Shown here: piece after piece, positions 14,386 through 26,889 of the stretch | How the letters are laid out: every line of letters starts with the position of its first letter | Numbering within the stretch: the stretch's first letter is position 1 | DNA from: Phoronis australis | Lineage: Eukaryota; Animalia; Phoronida | Length of the DNA stretch: 64,000 nt | Direction of reading: 5' to 3' | NCBI GenBank assembly: GCA_002633005.1 | Contig: NMRA01000019.1 | Coordinates: 272,380 to 336,379 of the forward strand | Notes under the pieces: model-generated | Told to the model about the DNA's origin: nothing | The model's database searches: none | The model's input: the letters and a program-made list of their open reading frames with translations, nothing else | Translations under genes and position numbers: made by a program

Positions 14386-15599
14386 TCTCGTATACTGTTC
14401 AGTAGGCTCTACGCAACTGCTTACTTCCGAACCTGTTCGATTTGTCTCCCGCGTATGTTTCTCACCTGCCAGTGAGTTACCACTCATCACCACCGCACTG
14501 AGCAGAAAATACCTCGTTCGTGGGATTTCAGCTGGCGACTTTCCCCAAATAATGATAATGAAAAATCTCGTTCAAAAGAACTACTTGTATACATTCTAGA
14601 TACTAGACAAGCAGGCTTAGGCCTACATCAGTCACCTGAGAGGGTGTTTGGGCCAGGTGTGATGTGTAAAAAGATGCAACGTCAAAGTGAATCATACATA
14701 ATATAAATAACAATCAAGAAACCAGTAAAAACTGGAAACATCAGCTTAAGCAGTAAGAGATTATATTGGTTCCTAGCATCAGCCAAGTTAGCATATCTTG
14801 CGGGCGGCAGCGCAGCGCCGGGCACCGACTTGTTACCTTACTACCGATCAAGGCCGATAGATGGCACACGTGTACTGCGCGGTCCTGGTTTGTGGTTGTG
14901 ACTGTATCTATATTGTAGGTAGGACGGGTCTAGTCAATAGCTGTGCAAGTCAACTGAATGGAAAATCATGCATGGTTCTGGGCCGTGTTTAATGATTTGA
15001 GAATATGATATAGCAATGTGGCAGTTTTTAGTTGTGAGTCCTACAAAACGGATGACTTTGAGCTTACCTTAGATACGCTTGTGTACCTTATAGTCGTTAA
15101 AAGTGATGCGAACCGACGCTTTGTTTTATTTTTAACACTCAGTGACTCGTAGGCCGGGTGAGGCGCAGGCAATGACCTACATGTATTAGGCTATATTCTC
15201 TCAGTGGCTGGACTAAATTATTTTTAGTCAGGTTCTATTTTATGGACTTCCTCCTTGAGTCACCGTGACGGTGGTCTTAGTTAAAATTAGCCTGCAGACA
15301 AAATTCTTTAGTCACGAACGATGTTAAAACATCTTATTTCACCTCGTAACAACCTCCGAAACACCAGTAATGAGTACTTAATACAACACTTTCGAAAGGG
15401 CCCCGACCGCTCAATGCAGACACATTTTACTTCATAAGCCACTTACTCAGATACCCGGTCAAAGTTCACTCCAAAGTTGCAGTCGAAAAAAGCATAATGA
15501 CATTTATCTTTGGCCAGTATGCCCTATCCGTCTGTGGGACACCAAAAAAAAAAAAAAACTCGCAATGGTCATGCGACCAATTCTGTTAATAACAAGGTT

Positions 15600-15900
15600 T
15601 CGTTTTTCCAGTTTCCCGGCCCGACTCGTAAATTGTCTCTTTGTCGCCGAACTATATATATTTGACCGGTCTCGCGAAATGTCGATTTCTAGTTATTGAC
15701 AGTAGTTTATGAACCCGGCCCTCGGACTGACCGACTCGCGGGCGCAACTCAGAAGGTACACTGCGGTTAATTTATGGACGAGTCGGTTTCACCACCTGGT
15801 GCCTGTGAATTCAGGCGTGTTTCCGTGATGTGTGCCTCCTCCGTCGGCCGGAGTGCAGGTGCGTCAATCGCGTCGTTGATGAAAACACTGAGGCACTACT
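15600..15900 (+). promoter_or_regulatory. CpG-rich putative promoter/TSS region of the PNK-like gene
   Basis: Local CpG enrichment, a TCTCGCGA(A) motif at ~15670, ATG at 15774 and a donor CAG|GTGCGT after 15858. Confidence 0.4.
15774..15858 (+). CDS. Candidate first coding exon of PNK-like gene (MDESVSPPGACEFRRVSVMCASSVGRSA)
   Basis: ATG with an open frame to a phase-1 GTGCGT donor, phase-compatible with 16504-16574. No homology support. Confidence 0.3.
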
Positions 15901-16427
15901 CAGTGAGAATTCTATGGAGGGAGGTTTCACATGGACATTTCACATAAGCGGAGGAAGTACAGTCATAAAAAATAAGCATAAACCATGAAGTTGGCGGGAA
16001 AATCTAAATACATTCTACAAATTTGCACAAAAATTTTAGATCGGGTACTTAGGCCTAGCCTTTATACCTATAGTGACATCAAAGACGCTCTCTACGGTCT
16101 CTGGTGACATTACATATAGGCCGGCGTGCCATTGTACAAGTAACAAAGGTTACATTTTGTCCACGAGAGGGCGAAATACATAGTTTGTGCTCTTTAGTGG
16201 AAAAAGTACGTTAATCCGAACGTATTTTGCTTGTAAACTAAACCATGTAAGGCTGAAACTTGCTTTTTTGAACTTTCAAATCTGTCTCGGTAAATTATTG
16301 ATGCGGACTGTTTGTGTAATTGATTCCTATGTGGTACCATGACGCTGAATGGGAAAAGTATACCTGATTTGCAATACAAAACAGACATTCATTCAGATTA
16401 TACGCCGTGGCCGTCAGCTGGCCAGCC

Positions 16428-16462
16428 TGTCACTGTCACTGTCACTGTCAGTGTCAGTGACT
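16428..16462. repeat. (TGTCAC/TGTCAG)n microsatellite
   Basis: tgtcactgtcactgtcactgtcagtgtcagtgac. Confidence 0.8.
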
Positions 16463-16503
16463 GAGTCGAGAAGACTTCTTCCTTTGTCAATTTGATATCA
16501 TAG

Positions 16504-16574
16504 CGTCAGGCAGATCAACTACAAGACAAGAGGAGCAAAGATATTTCTGTCTGAAAATGCAAACTGGTGCTGCT
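16504..16574 (+). CDS. Candidate 5' exon of PNK-like gene (..SGRSTTRQEEQRYFCLKMQTGAA)
   Basis: Pyrimidine tract plus TAG acceptor and a perfect GTAAGT donor in phase 0. The start codon could instead be ATG 16557. Confidence 0.4.
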
Positions 16575-17399
16575 GTAAGTCCGTGTGAATGAATGTCTGT
16601 AACCTGTGTAACCATGGGCATGGAAGAGGAATTTGACAGGAGTCTTGTAGACTTTTCTGTAGTCATGCTGTGTGGAACAACATTTAGTGTAAGTAGCATT
16701 CAATGGAAATTATTTCCTGACTCAATTATTGTGTTCTGCTCGTTACGTCGTGAAAGTTGTATCAACATTTAGAGCGAACAGCCAGCGGTGATGCATGCAA
16801 AATATGGGAGTCAACCGACACTCACCTTGTTCGTTGCTGCTGTTTAATTGAAAGACAAGGTAATAAAATCATTTTCTCGAATAATGCTCCACATTTTTGT
16901 AACAAAGAAAAGATTATATTCATCATTTTAAAAACAGTACACTCATGTCACGCGCATTTCCTAATTTTTTGCACCAAGGCCATTATGAGGAGAGCTCAAG
17001 CTGAGCGATTTGGGAATATTCATGAATATTCATGACGAGGTTTGAACCTTTGCCCTTTGGGGGCACCTGATGATAAAAAGTGTGCTTTTTTTCTAAAAGT
17101 TGTGCCCAGCAGACTTAGTATAATTAAAGTGGTAACATATGAAACAGAAACCCCAATTAGGGCAATCGAAATAAGAACAGAGTCATGTTTTACCCAAGTG
17201 GCTGTAAGTTGACTAGAGCGTTACATTTTTGAAAGAGTGTTGTGGTTTTAAAAGATGCGCCCTGGGGGTGCAGTGCTGCAATGTACTGGTGCCTTTTTTA
17301 TGTGCTGATGGCACAAAGGCACAGTCCAGGAATATCCTTGCAATTGTTAATAGTTGATGATTCATCGTCATAACTCACTGATTCAGGTCCAATCCCCAG

Positions 17400-17438
17400 T
17401 TTGAGAATTTATTTGACCCATCAACCACTCCATATAAA
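17400..17438 (+). CDS. Candidate mini-exon supplying the first half of the P-loop (FENLFDPSTTPYK)
   Basis: CCCCAG acceptor, GTGCGT donor, phase 0-0. It would give TTPYK-GKT across a 64-nt intron. Speculative. Confidence 0.3.
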
Positions 17439-17502
17439 GTGCGTTTAAGATACTCGAAGTTTGGACAAATGCATGCAAGGCAACTTCTCTGTTGTGTTTT
17501 AG

Positions 17503-17634
17503 GGCAAGACTGCCATCTACAGAAAGCATTTCTCTGCCACTCATGAGCGCTTTTCAGCCACTGAACTGTTCAGTAAAATGCCCGAGTGTGGCCTCCATTA
17601 TGCTGCTGGGTGTGTCGTTCAGTTGTTACAAAAG
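17503..17634 (+). CDS. PNK-like gene exon: P-loop kinase (GKTAIYRKHFSATHERFSATELF...VVQLLQK)
   Basis: TTTTAG acceptor. GKT..Y.KHF..TH.R.S resembles the AAA_33/PNK kinase Walker A region. Ends at a GC-type donor AAG|GCAAGT; 44 codons. Confidence 0.85.
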
Positions 17635-18161
17635 GCAAGTTCAAGGTCATGTGGAACCTTATTGATGAAACTGTGCGTTTAGCCAAATATCTACAAACCC
17701 TGGAAATGTAAATTCTGTGAAACTCGCATAAGAGAGATTTATCCAAATGAGGCAAAATTTGACTCTTTTGAAAGATTGAGTACAGAGACTGGAACAACCA
17801 AACTGCGGAACTTACTTTAAGCAAAAATCTGACTTATGCCTGTCTGAATTCTGCAAATTTCGATGTTCATTCTGAAGGTAAAAATCCTATTGAATTTGAT
17901 TTTTTAAATTTGTACTAATCTACCATTATTTCTTAACAAGACCATGCTTTAAAGGCACTTTCGTTTTTTTTTCAATAAGTGATAGCTACTCGTGCCAAAG
18001 CAAAATATTCGTTTAAAAGTTCCTCACTGTTACGGAGAACAGAGCTTCATTTGAATTCGATTTGCCGTTTCTCAGATCAGAATTAAATCCTTCAAAGATT
18101 GGTTATGAATTTAACAAAAAGCATTTCAGTTTACATTTGGAGTCTCAGTAATAGTCACTCA

Positions 18162-18210
18162 GAGGGGTCCATTAGTAACTTACAGGGGTCTATTAGTAAC
18201 TTACAGGGGT
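18162..18210. repeat. 21-bp tandem repeat, ~2.4 copies
   Basis: AGGGGTC(C/T)ATTAGTAACTTAC repeated. Confidence 0.8.
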
Positions 18211-18424
18211 CTTGCATTGTGAAAACCAATTTTCTCCACTGAATAACCGGCATCAAACTGGTTGTCATAATGCGTGACCCTGTGTCTTTTGCCAAACTCT
18301 CTCCCCATTCTTTTATCTGCACGCCATTGTCCCCAAAGTAAATTCTAGAGTTTGTGAAATTCACAAGAATCATCATTTGTATTTCTATGACTTTTCATTG
18401 GGAATGGCAAGGTTTTACTTCCAG

Positions 18425-18502
18425 AATAAAAAGGTTGTCATCGACGATGATAATCTAAGTCGCCAAGTGCGTGAAGGTTACATCTTACAGATACAAAGTA
18501 AA
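18425..18502 (+). CDS. PNK-like gene exon: Walker B region (NKKVVIDDDNLSRQVREGYILQIQSK)
   Basis: TTCCAG/GTGAGT, phase 0-0. Parallels the PNKP kinase pattern hhIDNTN....R..Y. Confidence 0.87.
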
Positions 18503-19640
18503 GTGAGTATTTAGGTAAACCATTAAGCCCTGTCTACACCTGTAATAGTTCTGTAGCATTTCTGCAAAAAAACACGCAACATGTTTTGGCCTGTCCAAAC
18601 TTTTTCACAACTTCTAAGAACGTGTATTCAAATGTAACAGAAATAATGCAAGAAATTTGGAATCAGAAATAGTGAATGAAAAATGGACTGCAGGCACAGA
18701 AACCTCTGCATTGTTATTGGTGCAGGTGTTATAGTAGGAGCATTAATTAATTGAAAGAGAAAAAGAGGGAAAAATTCAGTAACCTCTTCTTTGTGAGTCT
18801 GTCTTAAGTTTGTACTCTTTTGTTGTTGTGTACAAGCTGGGACATTGCTCCCACATACAGTACCTGTGAGCTGTTCTGATGTTTTTTGTCCAATTGAAAA
18901 TCTGACAGCTCTATGGGGGCTACCATTCCACATTTGTCTCAACGGTCACATGACACAAAGTTTACTTCTGATAGGTCCAATCCTAAAATATGTTTCAGGA
19001 TGTTTCCAAAATATTGCTGCATATCACGCCACACAAAAGCATGCTGCAACAAGTTCATTTTCTAGTACTGGTGTCTTTACAACTGTTTCATAAAAGTTGC
19101 CCTGTGTAGACAGGCGTTTTTGACTTTGTTGAAACTTTCAAGTTAAACGAAGAAAATAATCAATGACCATCTAAATACTGTTATCTCTTGTCTAGCTAGA
19201 ATTTTTAAATTGTCTGTATACCCGGTTTTCGTTACATTTTTGTTTAGATCACAAACCGTTACGAAGTTGATTCAAAATTGTTTATTAGAGATTTTTGGTT
19301 TTACAAAACACTCACAGTTCATCACTGATTCATCAAGCATGTCATCAGGAATTAATATAAGACACTGTCAGTGTTTTGCAAGTCCAAAAATGACTTCTCT
19401 TCAGAGTAAAAAACAAGTTGAGAACAATTTATAGTTGTTATGGTCTAATAAAAGCAAGATTTAGTTTCTACGACAGATTGGGTTTATTGCCTCTTTAAAC
19501 TTTTTGATTTTAAAACCATGGTTATATATAGTTTTTGTCACTTATTATCAAATGCAAAGTGTCGAAAAGGTCGTATATTTATTCTTTGTCAAATATTTTT
19601 ATTTTGAAATTACCCAATTGCTATTGATACATTCATGTAG

Positions 19641-19794
19641 GTTCCTCACATCCAGATAGCCTGCTTAAAGGTCACGCCCCATTTGGGCGAGTCACAGATT
19701 CATTGGTCAGCACAGACCAGATTAGCTGAGAAGGTTCTTCGAGGCGAAGACAAAGCAACCACTGTTCACAGGAAGTGGTGGAATGCATCATTTG
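19641..19794 (+). CDS. PNK-like gene exon (VPHIQIACLKVTPHLGESQIHWSAQTRL...WWNASF)
   Basis: TGTAG/GTAATT, phase 0-1, open frame overlapping ORF 19683. Confidence 0.83.
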
Positions 19795-20728
19795 GTAATT
19801 CAGCCATGTTACGTGAACAGAACCCTCCCCTAGTTAACAATAAGAATTCACATATCTGTAGACACTTGGAAAATAATGCTGCTTATAGAGAGACAGCTGG
19901 GCAACACAGCGTTACGATTATTGACAATGATACTAATCGTGTATGTTTTACCACCGAAACATGTCCCTACATTTTATAAAAATTGTTGTCGTTATTCAAA
20001 CTTTTCTCGTGTTCGTCAGTGCGAGACCTTTTGATACTAATCGCTATTGCTTGAAACTGCATGAAGCCATTCACATTCAATACGCCCCTATGTTGAAAAT
20101 ATTCCATAAATACATTCAGTCGTGAGCAATATGTAGTTAGTGTCCATTCCTGTTACAAGCTATTAGTTGTTGCTTAGTGTAATGAATGTTCTGAATGGTT
20201 ACTGACAGTTCACTTTTTCAAAATTTCGTTGCAGAATGTTCGCTAGCGAAAGTTTCATTACGTCAAAGGGCCACTCACCAAAGACCCACTGTAATTCATA
20301 GTATATGTATTTTTGGTTAGGAGTAAAGAGGATTTGAGTGAAGTTTTAAAATAGTTCATCCAATTAGTTGTTATTGTATTGGAGGCTAGAGTGCATGTGC
20401 TACTGAACAATTGTTAGAAGTATGAACGCCTCAAACACAGTGTGTGGAAAACATTGTGTTATACAGTACTTGTGTACACAGTGGAGGAGAAAGCCCTACG
20501 ATAAAGTCACGCGATTTTCAGATGGCCCGCCATTTTGGGACATGAATAAATATTTCCGAAATAAATTTTTCATAGTCCACGAAATTCGTACAAGGTCCAA
20601 AAACTGTTTTTCAATGATCCTCGAATTTCGGTATAATATTTTGACTCACTTTCTTGGTGTATGTCTGAGGGTATAAGTTTCAGAAGTATGTTTGTCTGGT
20701 GAAGCCAATTTGTCTTCTCATTCTGTAG

Positions 20729-20805
20729 AGGAGCCTGATTCTGGTGATGGATTTGACAAAGTGTCTTCAGTTACCACCAGTTTGGAGTATTCGACACCTT
20801 ATAAG
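20729..20805 (+). CDS. PNK-like gene exon: end of kinase domain (EEPDSGDGFDKV...PYK)
   Basis: Strong pyrimidine tract plus TAG. The join gives FEEPDSGDGFDKV, matching the PNKP kinase C-terminal FExPxxxEGF motif. GTATTT donor. Confidence 0.8.
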
Positions 20806-22261
20806 GTATTTTGGAAAATTTTTCCTGTTTTCAATGCTTTTAAATACTCATATCAGTGCTCGGTGCTTAGCTTAATGCCAACTTGCCAAATTTGTCTTCC
20901 CGAAAATCCCAGGTCCCCAAATGAAATCTAAGGTTGCCAAAACTGACGTTGGAAGTCACCGACCAAAGAAAAGCTGTGCCGTTCTCAGCGTTATAAACAA
21001 ATTACACAAATTAAATCTTCTTCCATATCAAGTTTTCAAGTTGTCTTCCATACTTAGGACGTATGCACCGTTCAAACTCCTGCCAATGGAGAATGTGGAC
21101 GATTGAATACATTGGAGGCACGTGTTTCATGGTCCGACCTTGCCTGATTTTTGTTTCCGTCTATTTACTTCCTATTGTAATTTAAGCGCATTCGATTTGT
21201 GCTTATATCTGAGGGTAGCAGATTCCCCTATTTTCATGAAATAAATGGAACAATTGTGAACCACTGCTTATGTTAGCTTAGATTGGTTTGAAACACTTGT
21301 TTTGTGACTAAAATCGCTGAGTATCATTTTACATTTGGTTGTCTTGCACCATGCATTTCATATTTGCTAATGTTTTAAGTCACTGGTTTAGAGTCAGGAG
21401 GCTAGTATTTTCTGATTGTCTGCCAGCTCCTTAGGAAGGAAGGCTGTTATAGAGAAATTCTTATAAGCATCTTGGTAACATAGGATCGAGCTGTGTTGAA
21501 TTAAAAGTGCTTGTGCCCTGCTGTAATGGAATGAACTCTTCATAATGAATTTTTTATACTGAATGAAACCCACATGTGTTTTCTCCCTGTACACATTTGG
21601 AAAGATTTTGTAAGAATGATCCCCTGACTTGTTTTTCCTTTCCACAGTCTGAGTTGTGAACCAGCCAACTTTACCCACAACGCTGCATGAACTATGAAAT
21701 TGAAATTTTAATTCAGGGCCTAAGAATGTTTACTGTGTGAGGTGTGCAGTTTGGCAAAGCTGTTAATTAATCGGCGCGGAAAGTGGTTACATCACCCCTA
21801 GCAACTATTCCAAATATTGGAGACGAACAATACAGTGGTAGCCTGTTCACTGGCACACATTTGTTCAAACTGACAAAATTCAACAAAGCTAAGTTATTAA
21901 AATCTGAAGCTCATGCCACATCCTCTGTTAAACCATGTAACTTAGCATATTGACTTTTTTAACAATGAATAACTGGTGATTTTCCTGTTATAACATTTGC
22001 CCCAATGTAATTTCCTGCAGAGGTGTGGCAAGATGGTGTAATCAGGACTGCCTCAAGACAGTGGCACTTTCCCCCCTATTGCTGGGACCTTTTCAAATGC
22101 GCGTTCGTTAGTATACTGTCCTTTGTCCTCTGTGTTTGCTGCTAAGTTTTGGCGTAAATCAATAATTTGCTGTGATTAGTGTCAAAAAGAGTATTTAATC
22201 ACCAAAAAATCGATCAAGATGCCTTTAACATGTTTCTTGTGTACAACTGTCTCTTGTACAG

Positions 22262-22397
22262 TTTGAGGTGCCGTGTCTGTTTATGGAGTTTGCTGCCCTG
22301 CTTAATGAGGAAGGTCATCTGGCTACTGGTATTGTGGAGGCTCTCAGAACGTGGACCACTACATACCCCTATGGAAGGTTGTGTGTCATGCAGAAAG
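22262..22397 (+). CDS. PNK-like gene exon: degenerate HAD motif I/II (FEVPCLFMEFAALL...GIVEALRTW...GRLCVMQK)
   Basis: TACAG acceptor, GTCAGT donor, phase 0-1. GhVEALxxh...G.hhhh follows the HAD-IIIA pattern, but DxDGT is replaced by EFAAL. Confidence 0.83.
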
Positions 22398-22686
22398 GTC
22401 AGTTTTGATGTAACTTGGAAAAGTGTGTGAGCATTACTAGTTGCTGACAAAGCTTTGTGAAGCAAGGAGTAGTTTTAGTAATTAAAAATTTACTGTCAAG
22501 GAGAGCAAATAGTGTCATAATTGTGTACTTCGTGTCAAATTTTGTTTTTAATTTTTAACATTAAAATGATTTGTTCGAAAAGATAGCTTGTCACACAAAT
22601 AACACATCCAAAGATGCATGGATTAATCAAGCTTTTGTGGAAGTTATGGTGAAAATTTATTGTGAAGTGTTCACAAACAGCTTGCT

Positions 22687-22882
22687 CCTCTAAAACATAA
22701 CTTTAAGTATATTTTGTTCCTCTAAAACATAGTATACTTTGTTCCTCTAAAACATAACTTTAAGTATATTTTGTTCCTCTAAAACATAGTATACTTTGTT
22801 CCTCTAAAACATAACTTTAAGTATATTTATTTCTCTAAAACATAACTTTATGTGTACTTTGTTCTTCTAAAACATTAAGTGT
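22687..22882. repeat. Intronic minisatellite, alternating 32/25-bp units (CCTCTAAAACATA core), ~7 units
   Basis: Units start at 22687, 22719, 22744, 22776 and 22801, followed by degenerate copies. Confidence 0.9.
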
Positions 22883-23085
22883 ATTTGATTTGTAACACCA
22901 AGTTCAGACTGTTGTGGATCACATTCATTAGGGGCTGTTTACTAGTGTGCTTGGTTGCTGGCTAAATCGTGAAACCCAAGATAAACCTTTTCTCTCACTT
23001 ATCTATCTAGTGAATTGTCTTGCGTGTTCTCGTTGAACTCTCAAGGTAGAAGCCGTCTTTAACGCGCTAATGGTCTGTTTTTCAG

Positions 23086-23267
23086 TTGATGATGGTCTCA
23101 GTGAGGACCAGGTGGTGGCGCTTGTGAACCGTCTATCGACCCAAGTCCCTTCTACCCCGTTCTATCTTCTGCTGTCTAATCACGACAGGTGTCGTACGAA
23201 CATAGACCCATTAATGGCCGACATGATGCTTCTGCACAGACTCCACTTGTGTGACTTTCAGCATAAA
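23086..23267 (+). CDS. PNK-like gene exon (DDGLSEDQVVALVNRL...HDRCRTNIDPLMADMMLLHRLHLCDFQHK)
   Basis: TTTTCAG/GTGAGT, phase 1-0; lies inside ORF 23070. Confidence 0.87.
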
Positions 23268-24688
23268 GTGAGTAGAATAAAGATTTTTGTTTTCTAGCAG
23301 TCACATTTCAACATTGTTGTTAAAAAGTGTTATTATTATTTAGGTATGAGCAGACTTGTTTAAACATTCTCATTGAAAACTATTGCGTGCAAGCATTCAT
23401 GTTTCAATGTTCTCATTAAATACAAACAAAAAGAAAACAAAAAAAATGACCCATTATTCCGCGTCATGATGGCTGGGCGCAATTGGGATTTCATGCAATA
23501 GAGGTTGCATAAAAATTGAATTGAGTGTCATAGTAGTCATCTGTCAAGACGGCTCATTTAACAGAAAGCTAACAATAAAAATGTAAAAGCTCTTCGCTCT
23601 TCCTATAGTTTGGACGTAATCATGAACAAACTTGATATTTTTAAACTGATGCACCGCACGATAAACATAGATGACCATTACACTATAACTCGATCATCTG
23701 TTGCAAAATAACTACACGTGAATTAATCGTTTAGTAAGAGTGGTCGTGCTTGCAAAATGCACAACCACATTAAAGTGTTCGTGAGGACAATCCAGACCTC
23801 TACAGACATGTGTTGATCCTACGCATGTCCTTTTTGAATTGGTTGCCAGGATTGTGCGAGATTGTTCGAGATAATGATTTTGCGATGACAGAGTTGTAGA
23901 TTCAGGCATTGTTTATATACTGTGGTTGAACATTTGCTAAGAGCTGTCTACAAACACAAAACTTTAAGTGATCGAAAGGTATTGCAGTAAAATGTTCACG
24001 GCTGTCACTGCGGCATCAAAAATCTTTAGTACTATGGCAATACACAGTTATGAATGATGATTATAATCATATTGTTTACATCATGTCGCTAATTGCGCTG
24101 TACACGTGAACATTGGAAATTAGGTCAACGTTCTTGGTTAGTCTTTCACAATGTGCGGACCATTGTGTGTTAAGAGATTACGGCTGTTATGATGCATCAT
24201 TTCAGCGAAATTAAGTGGAAAAAATTTACAAGTGGAATTGACTGTCATGACAAGGAAACAATAGTCTGGTCAGCACACCATCTGTTGGCCACGTCATGTG
24301 ACTTAATGAATTTAAGTCTATGGCAGAAATCTTAACGTATTCGTTAGGTCGCGTGATGTGGCCAACAGCTGCCGTGCTGACCAGACTTAAAAATGTTTGC
24401 AATACGGTTTGTGTTGACTTATTATACTTTGCTGTACTCTTTGTATTGGTTAAGACTTCACCTAGTGTCAGTGGAGACTTAGCGGAAATTCCGTCAGGAA
24501 CTTGACAACGGCACCTCCTCATAACGTGGAGTTGACCTCATGACCCCACAGATCTGAATGTTTGTTTAACCACAAAAGCCACTGACCACTTTTTGTGACC
24601 ATTTGGTGAACTGAAAATTCTGTTAAGCTTCATAATTCGATCTGTTCTTATCTAGCGGTAAACATGCTTATGCTTTCGTTTTTTTCAG

Positions 24689-24790
24689 GGTTCGCTGTAT
24701 TGTGGTACACTTACAGACAGTAATCATGTTCTGAAGTCCTGTGCATTAAAATGTCTCAAAGCAAAATTGTTGCTCAAGGATCCCACTGTG
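24689..24790 (+). CDS. PNK-like gene exon: degenerate HAD motif IV (GSLYCGTLTDS...KDPTV)
   Basis: T-rich CAG acceptor, GTAAGA donor, phase 0-0. SLYCGT corresponds to ShhVGD. Confidence 0.8.
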
Positions 24791-25459
24791 GTAAGATTTC
24801 GTCATCCAAACTGATTTTCCTTGATTTGAAACTTTGCTCTCAACATACAGACAGTATGTTGCCTGGACTGTGTAGAATAGACCCACAACTCTTGCAAAAC
24901 ATTTGCTGCTCGAGATCTTTGCTTATGGAAGGAAAACAGTGAATCCTATCCCATAAGTCAACATTGCAACCTAACCATCTATTCACTTCTTCTGTGGCCA
25001 CCATTTTGCAAGGGTACGCTACTAAGCTCCCAATTATACTCACGAAGCACTTGCCTTTCATTTGCGTGATTTTGCGTTGTCTTACTTTTTCACAAGGCTC
25101 TCGGCTCTGCACAATGCAGTCCTGGTAATAGCACCCCTTTGAGCCTGATTAAATGTACTTTTGCCCTTTTTCTTCGAAAATGGAATGCTCCCATCCACTC
25201 TTCTTAGTCAGCATTCTGTCCCCCTTTTGACTAGAAGTGCTTGGACAGGGAAAGGGCACAGGCAGATTTTTAGATCAAATTAGTGCATCTTTACCTCAAA
25301 ACCTGCTGGAGTATTAACAAAAGGTACATGGATATGGTTTAACAAGATGGCTGCTTGATATGGATTTTCTGCTCCAACTTCTATTGTGATAGAAGCTATG
25401 TAATCTCTGCTTTAACCTTGGTGCATTTCTCGTCGTGTCCACCATGACATTTCAATAAG

Positions 25460-25522
25460 TCTTGGACGCAAGTGAATGGTAAACATGAAGAATGTGCTTT
25501 AGAAAGTGCAATCTGCCAGACG
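25460..25522 (+). CDS. PNK-like gene probable exon (SWTQVNGKHEECALESAICQT)
   Basis: Perfect GTAAGT donor in phase 0. The AAG acceptor is weak, so the 5' boundary is uncertain. Confidence 0.55.
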
Positions 25523-25659
25523 GTAAGTCTGTTGGCCATTTATGGACATTCATACACCTTGCTGATTCACCCAAGTGAATCTGCCTATCATTTATTTTAC
25601 AAATATTTTGCACAATCTGTGATTTCACTTAGTTTATTTTATGATTACTGTACTTTCAG

Positions 25660-25859
25660 ATCACCAGCATTGGTCAGCCCTGTGATGTGACACTGCCCGA
25701 CGTTTTAAGATATGTTGTATTTACAAGTGGAGATGATGATCTATTACCCACAATTCCGTTCTTCTCTCGTGTAACTCCCTGCAATCTTGTCTTCCAATGC
25801 ACTGTTGATCAGTACCGTCGGATCTTCTTGATATGCTCATCTTATCAGAGTCTTGAAAG
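25660..25859 (+). CDS. PNK-like gene exon (ITSIGQPCDVTLPDVLRYVVF...SYQSLER)
   Basis: TTTCAG/GTATTC, phase 0-2, compatible with the next exon. Confidence 0.75.
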
Positions 25860-26889
25860 GTATTCTGTGCCTTAAATGTTTTGTTTCATTTTGTAGGATA
25901 CTGTCCTGCTATGTTTTAGAACTTTGCACTCAAATAGTTGCACTCCATGAAACATTCTCTGCTAAAAATATGTAGCACGGTAAAGATGTGTCTATATCTG
26001 GAGTGTGTATAGTGAACCTTAGCAGTTCATTCTTGGTCAAGGCCATACTCTACACAGTAGCTTACCATTCAGGTCAAGCCAGCGTATTGAGCCTGGTCTT
26101 GAACAATAACTGACTGCCAGTATGGATCATAGACAACAGATTCGCAACTCCGATATTTTCTTGCGAAATATGCTAGAGAAGGCCCCACCCTCTATACACA
26201 GCAAACACGCCTTCTGGTTGGTGTATTGTGACGGCAAATACTTGCTTCTATTTTACTGTCCAGTACAACAAAAAAAAAATTTCGGTATTGAAATGCTGTT
26301 CAAAGTCTTCCAATAGTAGAACTCTTGATATAGTGAATACTTTTGGCAATGCTACCAGACCACCAGACGTACTTGGCGGAAGTGAAATGTGCTATGCATG
26401 CCAGGTGTTGCTAGAGAATAGTGATGTCATGGCTTAGGTGCAAGATCACAGATTTCGTCCTTTGAAAATATACCGAGTTGGCAGTCCATGTACTATATTC
26501 TTTGGTGTCAGCTCTTTCCAAGTTGAGCCCAGTTTCATTACTGTGTATAAGGGTTCTCAATCAAAAGTCATTTCTGACAGAATGTCAGTCCATGGCAGTT
26601 TTCAACTCACAGAGGAAGGTTTTGTAAACCTACAGTCGCTGTCCATGAAGCAGTGGCTGCTAAAACATCTTGTATCAGTTGTGTTTATATTTGAAGACCG
26701 TGTTGTGTCGTGCATTTTTAACAATTCCTTTCGAAATTGCTGTTGGTGACCTGAGTAAAGACCCTGCATGGAGTTTTAAATGTTTTCATGTTTATATACT
26801 CAATGAAATGTTGTTGTATCAGAAGTATCTTCTAATAGGCATTACATTTGTCTGGTAAATAAAGTTGTTGTATTGTTTCTGTATTTTAG

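Noticed and set aside
20235-20300. Possible extra exon (ECSLAKVSLRQRATHQRPTVIH) and longer acceptor at 20684
   Set aside because: It is phase-compatible but would split the FEEPDSGDGF motif, and the donor is weak.
18425-23267. Gene 1 as EME1/EME2 (ERCC4-like)
   Set aside because: The resemblance of helices is superficial. The downstream TKAhAExP motif is absent, and the GKT / VVIDxxN / FExPxxxxGF motifs fit a PNK kinase much better.
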